NCBI GenBank assembly: GCA_000165425.1
Contig: CT868004.1
Span: 62,001-126,000, forward strand
Length of the DNA: 64,000 nt
Reading direction: 5' to 3'
Origin: Paramecium tetraurelia
Lineage: Eukaryota
The notes below the pieces were generated by a model that ran no database searches, was not told the DNA's origin, and saw nothing but the letters and a program-made list of their open reading frames with translations. Each line of letters starts with the position of its first letter. The stretch's first letter is position 1. Shown one piece after another: positions 26,973-40,408 of this stretch. The position numbers and the translations under genes were made by a program.

Positions 26973-27454
26973 TTATCAGATTAAAATAATTAATTAATAA
27001 ATAGAGGAAGATGGAAAAACTATTTTACTTTCATTCCATTTAATTAAGAATTAATACTTGTCATTTTTAACTTACGTAATTAGAGATATGTAACGTATCA
27101 TCGATGTTATTCCTCTTACTTTAGTCATTTTAATATTGGATTGCTTAATGAAATGAGTTGAAATCAATAAATAAATTCAAAATATTTATATAAAATCCAC
27201 CCTTTTTTAAAATAAATTCAATATTACAATAAATTAGATTTATAAATAAGTAAGTTTTTCTTAGAAGGATTCTTCTAGAGGGGGGATAAGAAAATTCTAC
27301 AGAATATCGAATCATCGAAAAGTTTGATTCTTTTGAGACGTAATTGACACGGTCTTGTGATAAAGCATATTGATTTAATCCAATTTTAATATATAATTAA
27401 GTAATATAATAAAATCTAATTTTGTAATCGTCAATTAATTAAATACCTTGTTGT

Positions 27455-27946
27455 TCAATACACATTTGTATTGCTAAAATTGGTACTTTGGTTTTATTTC
27501 CAGATCCCTTGCTTCGTCTTGATCGATTGTCGATATTGCTCGATATTGTCGATGCTTTGTTGCAAATTATCGAAGAATTGGCTGTTTTTATCTTCGAATG
27601 CTCTGTCAATAAGAAGATAATCGGAAAGAATTCTATTTATTTTGTCTACTTGTAAATATAGGTTATATTGGAAGGCAGTGTCTTATAAGGGATCATAACT
27701 GAGATTCCTGCCTCCCCTTTTACTCTGACTTACAATCATTTCTTCTATAGTTCCTTTGGTTTGCAATAGAGTTTTGATTTTGGCGATAGTTTTTTCATTA
27801 TCGACATTTTTGTCAACAAGATTAAGACACTAATTGAGATCATTCCAAATGGCAAGAATATTTTACTTTGACGATTGAACTTACACAATCTGTTTAGGTT
27901 GAGAAACCTGTTTTTTCTGCGGTTGTTTGCCTGAACAGACTCCCAT
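27455..27946 (-). CDS. Hypothetical protein with MGxC acylation start, 163 aa
   Basis: MGVCSGKQPQKKQVSQPK...TNFSNTNVY*, intronless under code 6. Confidence 0.8.
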
Positions 27947-27978
27947 CTTTTAATATTAAAATATTTTAATATTAATTT

Positions 27979-28713
27979 ATGAACGAAGACAAGGAATTTT
28001 AAAAGAAAGTACAAGTAGCAGTGGATTCTGTATAATTTTATTCGAAATTTCTAGTATTTGGGAAGGAAGGACAAACAATCGTTGATGGCTGAGTAGATTT
28101 AAAATGTCTTGGAAAGGGAGTAATTGATCGATCAAGTGCAAAGATTAATTGTAGAATTGATTACAAAATTGACAGAGCGTTTCATAACTAATGTATAATC
28201 AAATGATACAATTGTCATAGATGAAAAAGCAAGTGGAGAACGAGATATTGAAATTGAGGGAAACCATACGATCGACTCATCAGAGAACCTATTCAGCAGT
28301 AGACAAGGAGAAAGTGGAAGATCAAGTGCAAAGGACTCTGAATAAACATGATGTTTAGATAAATATGCTATTGGAACATCAGTAATTTGATTCTATTCTA
28401 TATTGTAGAGCTTAATTGAAATAAATGAGATCGGAAGCCACAGGCAATGACAGTATTCTATTTAATATTAGTGAAAGAAAGAGTTGGAAAGTACTATTAA
28501 GAAGGATTAAGAAGCCTTGAAGTTAGAATTGGAGGAGCAGCTAAAATCTTACTAGAGGAATTACAATTGTATTTATATTATGTGTAATGGGTATTAGAGA
28601 AACAGCAAACTATTATGCAGATTCTAAATGATTTAGTTGTAAAGATTGAGAAGATCGAATTGTCATAAAGTCAGCAACAAATGCCCATTGTTTCAGATAA
28701 AAAGAAAAGGTGA
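27979..28713 (+). CDS. Hypothetical coiled-coil protein
   Basis: MNEDKEFQKKVQVAVDS...MPIVSDKKKR* with five predicted tiny introns; the fourth acceptor is ambiguous. Confidence 0.7.
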
Positions 28714-28761
28714 GAATTAAATATTGAAAATAAATAAATTTAGTATTAAATTATTTTAATT

Positions 28762-29772
28762 ATGGGTTCTACATTATCCAAAAAATAAGATAAAGCTATT
28801 ATTATTGGCGGTTTGGGAACAGTAGCATTGATAGGAGCGATGCTATATTTGTATTTTTTTTACATTCATTTAGAAAATCTAAACCAACTGAGGTATAAGT
28901 CCATACCAATACTAATTCAAAACAGGAAGAAGTTCAAAACATAACTATAAACGCCATTAATCCCTAAGGACATATAGTTTAAGGCTACGATCAACTATTC
29001 TAACAAGTTGTTAGATCAATTTAGGTCGAAAAATAGGGTTCATTGATTTCAATAGCAACAATTACACAAATACTAGACAAATCATTGGATTTAGCAAAGG
29101 ATGAATACGCTGTAATCACTACAGAAAATAGATAAAGTATTAACTATTAATTCAACATATTTTAGGGAGAAGAGCTATTAGGAGGTCCAGATAGGGTGAA
29201 TATCAAAAAATGGTCTTGGATTATAATGAGTAGGTCGAAAACTTGTTGGAGAAGAAGTAAATGGAAATCTGTGAGTTCTTATAGATCAGAGAAGATGTAT
29301 TTTAAGAAAGCGTGATGTCATTGATGGAAAGAGGATTCTATTAATAATTTTTCATGATTTAAGCCTCAATTAGATAAAAAATTAAAGATTCAATATCATC
29401 AACCAAAGAGATTACTTACGAATAATTAAAGAAAATTATAAATTACCAAATCCAAGTGTTGAACTAGTAACCATAAGAATTAAGAGAAATAATCAATAAC
29501 TTATCTGTAATACCTTATATCGATATTTATTTAGGGCAATCAAGAAACATAACAATTAATCCCATTAGCAATTAATACTATTTTAGGTGACTTAGTCTAT
29601 GAGAAATTTTAAATTGAAGAAGAAGATATGATGAAGATGTTTTAGAATTAAGGTAAGAAATATATTTATTATCTAAGCCTTATTTAACGATCAAGGCCTC
29701 CAATAAGCTATGGCTCAATTAGAAGAAGCTATGTATTCGTTAATGTCATCTCTAGAGGGACATCAAATGTGA
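28762..29772 (+). CDS. Hypothetical N-terminally anchored membrane protein with helical domain
   Basis: MGSTLSKKQDKAIIIGGLGTVALIGAMLYLKSK signal-anchor; four tiny introns; ends SSLEGHQM*. Confidence 0.8.
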
Positions 29773-29878
29773 AAAACATTAAAATAATATTCATATAACA
29801 ATAATATAATATTAATGAAATTAAAAAGTGTTTCATTCTACTCTTACTATTTTCTCTACACATATTTTGTAAAATAAG

Positions 29879-30965
29879 TCAAGCTAGTACTTTCATCTGC
29901 AAATTCATCAAGTCAATTGGTTCTAGACAAACAGGACAACATAAATGCGATGATAACCATTTTTAAATGCATTTTTCATGGAATCTATGTCTACATCATT
30001 GAGATCAATAAATTTACAATTAGTTACAAGGTAAATCAATATACTAGGTTAAGTGTTTAATCTACATTGAACATAGATAGCAAATTTCAAACTCATAGTT
30101 GCTTTTTGTTTATTTAGTTAAATTCTAAATTATTTCCTTAATTTATATGATATAAAATTTTACGCCTTGGAAAGTGTAAACTACAATAAAGGATTAACAA
30201 AGCTACCCTAATTGTAGTATTCCCCAAATCACCAAGATAAGATAAAAACTATAAAAGTAATATGATTTTTCTACATTTGGTTGAATTGTTAGAGAGAGTG
30301 ATATTTAATGGATCTTGATGCTTAGTCATTGTAATAATCCATTTGACTTTCGACTTAATCTATATCGGACATCAATTACCCGTAATAAGAGATTCTGCCA
30401 GCCATGGGATACTTGGATTCTCTCTTGATCTTAGTTAATCTTTTGGTTTTCAATTTGCTATCGAATTTGGCAGGTATAGTGTTGACAATTTTAATGATAA
30501 TTGCAATTTAGGCAATCTTATAAATTTAGAGTTCAAGCTTACATCATGAATGAACATAAGGAAAAACCAAAGTGTCTTTTAATTTGAACATCCGTCTGAA
30601 ATCAAGACATTGCAATACGCCATAACCTTAATGAATTCGACAACCAACTATAACCAATTGAGACATTTGGATTCTTCAAATTTTTCTTGAATTACTATTT
30701 TTAGATTTTCTTTAACCATTTCAAGATTGTTCTAAACAATTTATGGTGTTATGTATTCAATTTAGGGTTTTTTCTTTGAGTTGTAAATAATATCATTTGC
30801 TTATATCTAATTTTCATTCAAATCGAATTTTATTGTTGGCAATTAGTTTATTTTTAGATTGGTGCTTTGTTGTAGCAAAGATTGGATAATGTTGTCCTTC
30901 CTTCTGTCTTCATCGATTGATTCTTCTAGAGAGATGCTCTGCTTAGATTTTGATTTTTTAATCAT
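29879..30965 (-). CDS. Membrane-associated RING-H2 E3 ubiquitin ligase
   Basis: C-terminal CYLC...DLPCNQLHRFHEKCIQKWLSSHLCCPVC (C3H2C3), preceded by hydrophobic segments. Confidence 0.85.
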
Positions 30966-31070
30966 ATTATGGATAATAATTAGAAATCAAATATTTAGGA
31001 GCATATATTTAATTTTAATAGTAAATTATAGAACCTTCTAATTTAGAATTTTTAATAATTTTCTTCAAAA

Positions 31071-32553
31071 ATGAGTTAACATAGACTTCGAGAGATGAGA
31101 GAGAACTTCCATTCAGAGATGAGAAAGAAAAGTTTAGAATAGACATTTAAATTGAAGAGATTGGTTACTACCTCAGTAAAACATTATCCAATTGAATAAT
31201 TAATTGACATAGTGGACAAATTGAAGAGGTATGAGGAATTGAACGACGAAGAACATTAAATAATGATATCAATTTTAGATGATATTCAATAGACTGCAAT
31301 AAATGATCCAGCTCTATTTTGTGAATGGGCAGAACACCTAAGAATAATAAAGACTTTGGTTGACTCCATGTGTTTAGGATCCAATCCCAAATATTCTATC
31401 ATGGCAACAAAAGCAGCAAATTGTTTCAGATAATTGGTTAAATAAAAAAAGCCAAGATTCTATGTAAATGAACATTTCGATAAAGTTTGTGGGATTTACA
31501 AATCTTGGATGGACTCTGATTCAAGTTTGCTGAAAGAGAATGTATAAATTAATCAAAATATTTGTTAATAGGGAATGAGAGGATTGAATTAATTAGTAGA
31601 ATTGCATTCGCCGAAATTCTCGAAATACGATATAGTTGAAACTGTGTTAAAATCTCTTCAAGTTAATAGAAATAATGATTAGGCACTTAGAATATTGGCA
31701 ACAATCACAAACAGCATAGACGATGATAACTAAGTGATCGCTATTTTGAGAATAGCCTCAAAACTAATAGAAAATGCTGACATCAACTGTAATTGATATC
31801 TTTGATTTTAATTAGTAAAGGAAAAGGGATTAATGATTGTAGAGAATGCCAGTAAAAACATCTAGAATATATAATTTGTGTTAACAATGAGGATTATGCA
31901 GTCTATTATGAATCTGATTTATCACAAGGATAGAAATATCTAAAAGTTATCTCTATCTATTTTGCTGAATTTGTCATTCACATCGGAATTGGATGAATGC
32001 GCAAAGTTGTAGGATTTAGGAATAGTGGAAACCCTTTATAAATTATTGAAGAATACCTAATATTCACATTATCGGATGTATGGAAGTATGATATTTAATA
32101 ATTTGATGGCTTCTTGTCAATTAAATTTGGATTCAATAATCTCAAATAAATAGGTGATGGTTGCCGTCTTTGACCTTATGGAAAAGGATGTTGTAGATGT
32201 CAGAAGGGAACTCTATTAGGCATTCAAAAACTTCTTAGTTATTAGTTCGAAGAAATAGTTATTAATGGTGATGGATTCTGGGTTGCTGGATTATGAAGTC
32301 TTAGGTTTGGATGCTAGTGACAATAAGATAGTGGTGTTGTCTTTGGAAAGTAATAGGTATATTAATTAAGTTAGCGTTGACCATTATAATGAAATAATTT
32401 CAACAAACTGAATATGAATGCATTATTTTACAATACTTAGAAAACACGAGGGCAAAGAGGAAAATCGAGGTTCTGAGTTAGGATTCCAAAGGAGAAAGGG
32501 TTGGCTACTTAGCTTATGAATTCCTTATAGAGTTTTATGATTCTGAATAATGA
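31071..32553 (+). CDS. Divergent importin-alpha-like ARM-repeat protein
   Basis: N-terminal IBB-like RLREMRENFHSEMRKKSLEQTFKLKR. ARM-like helices (ALRILATIT, ILLNLSF, DVRRELYQAFKN) and a C-terminal LAYEFLIEFY. Confidence 0.7.
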
Positions 32554-32578
32554 TTAAATTAAATCTTTAATTAGTTAA

Positions 32579-33797
32579 ATGAATAGGAATGTTTTGTTTA
32601 AGTTTTTCGATCCAGTTACTTTAGCAGGTGATCAAATTCGAGGAGAATGCTTCATCAGGATTACTGAGGAAATCCCGAAGGCTTAAATCGTTTTGACCTT
32701 TTAAACCAAGATGTATTCGAAGATCATTGAAAAACGATAGGTAATTATTTAGTTTTTGAAATTAAGATACCATATGATCAAAGCAATCCTTAGATGATTC
32801 CTGAGAAACTTGTAGAGAAAACTCAGAGAATCTAAGTCACTATGGATTCTCCTCTCAGATAACCCAAACAAACTCAAAAGAAATATGAGTTAAATGGTGA
32901 AATTATGTATAGAGTGATTAGAAATTATGGAACTCTAGAATCTTTTGTTTACACTTAGGAGTTATATACTGGACAAGTGAAACCTGGAGATTATAAGTTT
33001 TAATTTAGCATTCCAACCTAATATAATATGTCTTCGAGTTTCTCATACAAAAGCGAGGATGGTAAATATTTAACTTGAATTAGGATTGAAATAAGCAAAA
33101 TGTGGATATAAAGTGACATTGAGAATAGATTTACCTGATGAGGCTCGAACTTTAATGATGGAGAGTACGGATGTCTTTATTAATGGAAGAGTAACCTCGG
33201 AAGGTGAGCAATTTAGGCAATGCGAAGGCAATATAGTTTAATATTTATGTTTGAATCGAGGAACTGTAGAACTTTCTTTGAAATTAAACAAAAATAATTT
33301 CATTCCAGGAGAGCAAATGCAAATAGAATACACATTAGACAATACTCGTTCACAAAGATCAATCAGCAGAGTAGAAGCCAGATTGATCAATAAACTCACT
33401 TTTATTGATGATGATGAAATCGAAAGGGTTGTTGAAAATGTTAAAGTATTCCAATAGAATCTAGGAGGAGTCAATTCTGGATAAAAATTGGAACGACAAA
33501 ATGCTTCCCTAGAAATCCCCAAAAGTCTCAGAGCGACTATCAAAACTAGTGTAATCAGAAATTAATACTTTCTCTAAATGGAAGCTATTGCTGTAATATA
33601 ATGATCTTAATCACTCTTAGGATGCCTTCTTAACTTGGTTGTCAGTCCCAGTAGTTTGCCAAATCCCTATTAATATTCAGGAATCACAATTACCTCATAA
33701 GATTAATCTGGAAGGTTGGAATTTCTTGCCCATCATGAATGTCTCAGTCAATGCATTTTCCAATCTAACTGTTCAATAGTCATTTGTACCAACATGA
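32579..33797 (+). CDS. Alpha-arrestin (arrestin N and C domains)
   Basis: AGDQIRGECFI, GDYKFQFSIP..SSF, CGYKV and LKLNKNNFIPGEQMQIEYTLDN (track ORF 33251); three introns. Confidence 0.88.
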
Positions 33798-33824
33798 TTA
33801 TTTATTATTAATTCATATACTCAC

Positions 33825-34622
33825 ATGGATAAAATAAAATCTCTTAATATTGATATTGCTTAATATCAGACAGATTACCTTAGACCAATCCCCAATATTG
33901 TGACATCGGATACATTGTGGAATGACAATATTCTTCTAATGAATGTCCAATGGAATTATACTCTGGAAATTAACTATGATAAATTGAGTCAAGTCAAAGA
34001 GATCATCCAAAAAACCTGTACAACTGAAATCAGCGATGAAGAATAAAGAGTAAATGCAATCAACACATTTAAATAGCTACTATTTGATTATCTCTCAAGC
34101 GAAAAGGAGTTGCTCAAAAATTGCGGATTCACTTGTCAAAGACTACCTATCATCATTGAAAAGAATAAAGAGATTGCACATTTTCTCTTGATTTAAATAT
34201 GCAATTTAGATGGCTTCGAAGAGTATTAACTCATCCATATTTTAGATTCTTAGAAGTCTTCATCTAAACCGATGTCACTTAGAATACACTTGAATTGTTT
34301 GCTCAATTATTTGGGGAACTCAAATTACCATAAGAATATATCACACAGTATATTAATTATTGTATAGACTTTTGCAATAATATCAAAGTAATTCAAATAT
34401 CTTAGTTTATAGGAAAAACAACAATAGAACAAATTAGTTAGGTTTGTCTCCGTTTTCATCTAGTAGATGCTTAAATAGAAAGCATTCATCACCAAAGATA
34501 TTCTGACTGATGTAAGAATAAATAACATTTAGTTATTAGCATTCTGCATTGAATTCTCCAAAGTTGGCGAAGTATCTAAGCTCTTCAAACTAGTCAAAGG
34601 GCAAGAACCTGCCTCATAATGA
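33825..34622 (+). CDS. CNOT11: CCR4-NOT transcription complex subunit 11 (C-terminal domain)
   Basis: RLPIIIEKNKEIA, LPQEYITQYINYCIDFC, QNKLVRFVSVFIQ and AFCIEFSK..LFKLVK are hallmark CNOT11 segments. Confidence 0.88.
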
Positions 34623-34699
34623 TATAATAATCATATCATATTCGTCTTTGTAACTAGTTGTGTTGTTTCAAAAATTAATTATTATTATTATCATTAATA

Positions 34700-34923
34700 A
34701 TGAACCACTAAAAATAAAGTTAAAATTATTACTCGAACTTCCAGTCAGAGAAGAGATCTTATGAGAATATGGAGAATAAATTAGTAAAACTGTTCGATAT
34801 TCATTGTGTGACACATCAAATAGAAAATTTCGAAAGGAAGGTACTCCTAAACTATTTTAAATTTCTCAGAGAATTTCAATAAAATTCATAGAAAATAGAC
34901 GAATAAAGTCTAAATCTTTTTGA
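34700..34923 (+). CDS. Small hypothetical protein, about 64 aa
   Basis: MNHQKQSQNYYSNFQSEKRSYENMENKLVKLFD..., one 29-nt GTA..CAG intron, basic tail RRIKSKSF*. Confidence 0.5.
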
Positions 34924-35209
34924 GAATTTTAAATAATTTCTTATTGTTAACTTTTTTAAGATGTAGTAATATATTTTTAGAAAATATTAAATTTAGCTAC
35001 TCAATATAGAATCTATTTAATTATTCCCTAATAGAGATAAATATTATATCCTATTCTTCAAACAAATTTAAAATTTTTCTTATTAAAAATAATTATATGA
35101 ATTTCTATTATCGTAATCCAAATTTATAAGTTTCTTGTATTAACATAATTATTATATTATTTATTTTAATTATTTGTTAACTTTACCTTTTTGTTAAATC
35201 TATAAGCTT

Positions 35210-35431
35210 ATGAAAAAAGAACAAGAATACCCCAAACTTTTGAATAAAACCGAAGAGAAAGAGTAAATTATTGAAGAACCACATACAGTCTTGATTAACC
35301 CACCTTTTAACATATTATAGACTTAAAACATTTTTGTTTTGGAATTTAAGCCTAATGCTATGAGCTAACACAACCTTTTAAGATTCAAGCATGCCTTGGC
35401 CAAAAAGATTATCAAAAAATCTAATAAATGA
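35210..35431 (+). CDS. Small hypothetical protein, 73 aa
   Basis: MKKEQEYPKLLNKTEEKEQIIEEPH...FKHALAKKIIKKSNK*; locally higher GC than the flanks. Confidence 0.5.
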
Positions 35432-36539
35432 AAAGAATCATGATTTTTCCTATTTTTATTAAATACCTAACAAAATTATCGCCAATAACTTACTTAAAAC
35501 TAAACCTTCATCACTTTCTCGATTCGAAATTCCTTTAATCATTCATGTAGGGCTACTTTAAAGCATGTTTAAATTTCTCAATTAATTATTCTGATCAGTA
35601 ATACTTCTTTTTAAAAAATATCATATTAAATACTTTATTAGGGATATTTTCAGTCAACAAAACAAGCAAGGATCGCTCAGAAAATGAGATTCCATCTTCT
35701 CCTTTGTTTCTCCTTAACAACCACTAAATATTTTAATAGTGGATTTTAAATTTTCATAAATGATGCTTGATTCGAATATTCTTTTTTTTATGAATGAATT
35801 ATTATAATTTTATTTGTTAGAATTTTGAGGAGTCTAAACAATAAGGAGTTTTTGTTTAGTGCTTTTTGGCATTTAGATACATTATTAATTGATTGAAAGC
35901 ATCTTTCAAAAATAATAATACAACCATATATTTAAAAATACATTAAAATGACGTAAATATTTTAAAAAATAATATATAGGAAGACATATTTTGAAAGCAG
36001 AAGTGAATTTGATTTTAATCAAAAGGATTAAAGTATTGAACTTAAAAAGGCGGTAATTTAATCTTCTTTTATAATTGATTATGTTCAAATAAAACAAACA
36101 TGAGATGTCTTAGATTGTCTATTATAAGATTCTTCTTTAGGATCAATGCTGGATTGGTGTTATGGTTAATATACTAGTTATAATTTACAAAATTTAGAAA
36201 CAAATAGCCTAAACCAGTCAAATTATATAAAGACTAGATCTTTAGTTGTTAAGTTAATTTTATATATATTTAAGATCATTGACGCTAGAAATAGATTAAC
36301 AATTTTTGAATTAAAATTAGAAAATGATATTTACATATTCTCGAAAAAGTGAAGTTGGTCTAGAGTGACTAAGTTTTCATAGCTTAGTGATAGAATATAA
36401 TTTATTAAATCAACTTGATATTGAAAAAATGAATAAAAAAAAGAATTTGAATTAATAAATGTTAGTATTATGAATAGAAATAAATATTATTATTATTAAT
36501 ATAATAATTTTAATGGATTCGAGTTTAATTGCACGATTT

Positions 36540-37790
36540 TAGAACAGCGCAGTTGTTTATTATGCATAGAGAGGATGGTACTGGACTAATAGGATTGGAA
36601 AGTTGAATATATTGACTGTTGCAGCAATTTGGTATGTATGCGCAGAAAGGTAATGATCAAAAGAAAGTTGATTTAGTTAAATCGCAGGCAAATAGAGAAT
36701 GACCTTATACAGACACAATTGGATCTAGAATCCTAAGCCTTCACGTGTGATCTTTGAGGAGAGGTTCTGAGATATTTCTATATCTGTATTGGAAATAAAA
36801 TATAATTATTTTAATTTTGTATTAATTTTTATCATTATTATTGTGTTGTTGTTGCTGATGTGAAAAGGTTGTCTACAGGATTTGAACATAGGAACTAAGA
36901 ATATAACTGCTACTGGAGCGGCAGGTGAAACTGTCACATTAGGAGCTTAATTGGAATAGGCTTAGAATAATAGAAAATAAATTGTAGATATTACATTAGT
37001 TAATGGAGATAAGCATTATAAGCAATAGCCAATGCCATTGATGGTTGATAAATAGAATCCATATTAACAAGAAGTGCATCCTTTAGTAGAATCAACTACA
37101 AGACATTTGATCAACACACATTCTACACCACTTTTAGTTTTGAGTAATGCATAGTCGAGAGAACATGTTTTGCAAGTGGTAGCATCAGTACAATTATCGC
37201 AATTACTTATGCAAGCCTCACAAAACTTTGCTGTTAGTGTTATAATAATATCCAATATTACAAGTTTCACCATTTCCATTTGATGCCAATATTTATTACT
37301 TTCCAGTTGCTCCAGTTTATGTAACACAGCTATTAGGAGTTCCAGCTGTAAAAATCAATCCAAGACCACAACAGGTTTCGGATCCTGTAATATTACCTGC
37401 ATCTTATTTACATGGAAGACAAGATTATCCATTAAGGTAAAAGCCCAGTAGACAAGTTGGATTAGGTTAACATGTGACGATAGGATTTGTTCCAATCTTA
37501 CAATCAGCCTTATTTGAACTGTATTTGTTGAACCTGTAATCAAGACAATTAGCTAGAGGTGACACACACTTTAATGAATCGTTAATAAGTTTAAAATTTG
37601 TTGAACATGATGAGCAAATTACACTTGGATTATTTTAACTATTGTAGCTACACTTTAACAACTTGTTGAAAGGAACATAATTAACATGCACCTTTATCAT
37701 CTTTATAGTAAGTATCAAGCAGTATCCACAAGTTATTTAAGTTTGAGCTTAATCACTGTATGAACAAGAGTAACAGACATTTGGAATAAT
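36540..37790 (-). pseudogene. Degenerate Cys-rich (furin-like CxxC repeat) surface protein
   Basis: CYSCSY, CSSCS, GFYLNGQSCLPC, CEACISNCDNCTDATTCKTC and GFYL..CLQC are split across frames. A frameshift gives TGA at 37218-37220, and an out-of-frame DTYYKDDKGACQLCS lies near 37675-37720. No credible start or signal peptide; boundaries are approximate. Confidence 0.75.
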
Positions 37791-38514
37791 ACTATTGAGA
37801 TTCTATCTTGTAAACTTTTATTTCTCATCCCTAATATCTCGTTCCATTTCTTTCTCTGCCCAAAAGCATTTTAATTTGCATTTTCATAAAATACCCTTAC
37901 TGATTATACTTACTCTATCGATTATCCGTCCAAAGTTTTTCATATCAAGAAACCACTCTATTCTGCAATACAAAATATTCATTAAAATATGGAACTCATT
38001 AATTTTATAATTTATCTTCCTAAATTTACAAATATTCAATTTTAGTGAATCAAAAATTTAAATTACAATATTCTGGTTTAGGATGTTCTTCAGCACATTC
38101 AAAATAGAAATTTTTCATATCAGTTCAACAACATTAATATACATTACTAAATGATTTTGGAGTGAAATCTAAATATAGAACAACCAACATCACCAAAATG
38201 TGAAATGCCATTTTATTAAAATTTTTTTTACTTCATAATGTAATTCTTATTCAATATATTTATAGGATTTTGTTGTTTTGAGGATTCAATAATAAAAATA
38301 TGGATATTGGTTCTCCATCTTAAAATATTAAATAGATTCATGATACAAAAATTAGTACATTTACCAAACTTTAACAATCAAAATGTCACTTTCTATGTAC
38401 TCTGCTTTGGTTAGATGGAACCTAATAATCATGGATTTTTGGATTTTCTTTAGATTTCTTTTGAAAATTTATTATATACTTTCAACTGAATTATACTAAT
38501 TAATTATAATACAA

Positions 38515-40199
38515 ATGGCTTTTTTATTTGAAGAAGATCGAGGGTTGACATAGGTAAAAGATCCTTACCCACATTTGGGTCCTGGAGTGTATCAAGTTCC
38601 GGAGCAGCAAACAAAAACTGCTTATGCTCCATTCCTTTCAACTGGGAAGAGATAAGTTGAGATGACAAACAAATAGAAAACATAATTCCCAGGCCCGGGG
38701 TAATATGAAGTTTAGTAAAACATGGGGGATTCAGGAGTGCAAGCATACATGAATAAAAGCACCATCATAGTCAAAGTTTAAGGTAATGGGAGTAGTTCCT
38801 TTAAGAGTGGAATAGAGAGATTTTAACAGGATAAAAAAGTGAAGGAAGTAAGTTATAACTATAAATTCAGATTCCAGGTCCAGGACATTACGACCCTGTT
38901 AAAAATAACTCTCAAAATAAATAAGCTCCTTCGATTCAAAATTAAAAATTAGACGATATTAGAAATCAAAATCTCAGGAGGCGAATTAACTCTATACCTG
39001 AACCAAAATCATAAATAGGAATGGTTTATGAGGATATTGAAACTTTGGCCCAGCATCAAAAAGTACTTTAAGAGTAAAAGAAATAAAAAGTTGTAGGCCC
39101 AACCACATATGAAATGCCATAGACAAAACAAGCAAAAGGTATTTCTTGGGACAAAAGCACAAAGCCTCGATTTCAGTAAGAATAATCTACAGATCTTGGA
39201 CCTGGTAAGTATAGTGTTCCTGATGAAAAAAAGAAGAAAAACAAATCTCCAGCTTTTCTATCTGAAACTGTTAGATCTTACTACGACAAATTAATTTACA
39301 AAACCAACAGAGAAATTAATGCTGGCTTAAGGAAACAAATTAATTACAAAGATCAATACTCTCCAGGACCTGGTTAATACAACGATGGCAGAGTGTCAAT
39401 CAAAGTTCAAAAAAAGGCCAAGGAATTTCAATTTTTTGGTTCCTCCTTGGAAAGATTTAGACAGAACAATGAATAATCCGTTGGTCCTGGAGATTACAGA
39501 ATTGAAGACTCTTCATTTGATTAATTGGTAAAGAAGAAAAATTATACCAACGCTACTTTTTTGAGTTCTACTGGCAAAGGTGATCTAGTGAACTCAGATG
39601 AATAATTGCCTGGTCCAGGAGCATATTATGTTTAAAACGATCTTTACACAGATTTAATTCGTAAATAAGATAGAGGGATTAGTGGGTACTTGGGTGGTAA
39701 GGAGAAAAGATTTTATGATAAACCTCCACTTTGTAAGGCTGGACCAGGGAGTTATGAAATTAATAAAGGTGAGAAAAAGAGAGCTGTGAGTTCTTGTTTT
39801 AAATCTTCTTCGAAAAGAGATGCTGTGAATAAGAGTTTTGGTCCTGAAATTGGATAATATAAATTGGATCAAGAAACTATTGGATATAGAATGTAAAAAT
39901 AGATAAAATTTTTAAAAAATCTATAAAAGATTGATGTTTAAAAACCTGGGTTTGATTGTGCTGAACCTAGATTTAGAGAGAATTAAGAAATGGTCTATAA
40001 TATTTCTTTTACTGAAGCCAATCAACAACCAGTTGGATCAGCCAAATAAGTAACTGCTCCATTTAAATCACAATAACCTCGTCTGGCATACATTAGAAGA
40101 CAATTCACCCCTGGAGTTGGCAAGTATTAAGTTGACTCCAGTAATTGGAAAATCAATAGTTTCAATACGCATTACAATAAATTACTATCAGACTAATGA
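38515..40199 (+). CDS. Sperm-tail PG-rich (SHIPPO) repeat protein, STPG2/ODF3-like
   Basis: About ten (P)GPGxY repeats (LGPGVY, PGPGQY, PGPGHY, LGPGKY, VGPGDY, PGPGAY, AGPGSY, PGVGKY) with F-x-S-xx-RF spacers and a terminal SFN. Confidence 0.92.
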
Positions 40200-40408
40200 T
40201 TGTTTGTATAAAGATTTTCTATTAATTAAACACATTTTATAATTCTTTTCATATAGGAAATGATGAAAATGCGATGCCTATATTTTCATTAGGGTATTCA
40301 TTTATAAACCCTATTACCTTCTTATTTAGTGGTATAATATTTATATAAATATGTATATGTTGATAAATTATTAGATTCAAATGAATAAAATAAATAATAT
40401 AATATTAA

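Noticed and set aside
38300..38464. Short code-6 ORF MDIGSPSQNIK...
   Set aside because: About 55 codons with no motif, within chance expectation for a single stop codon.
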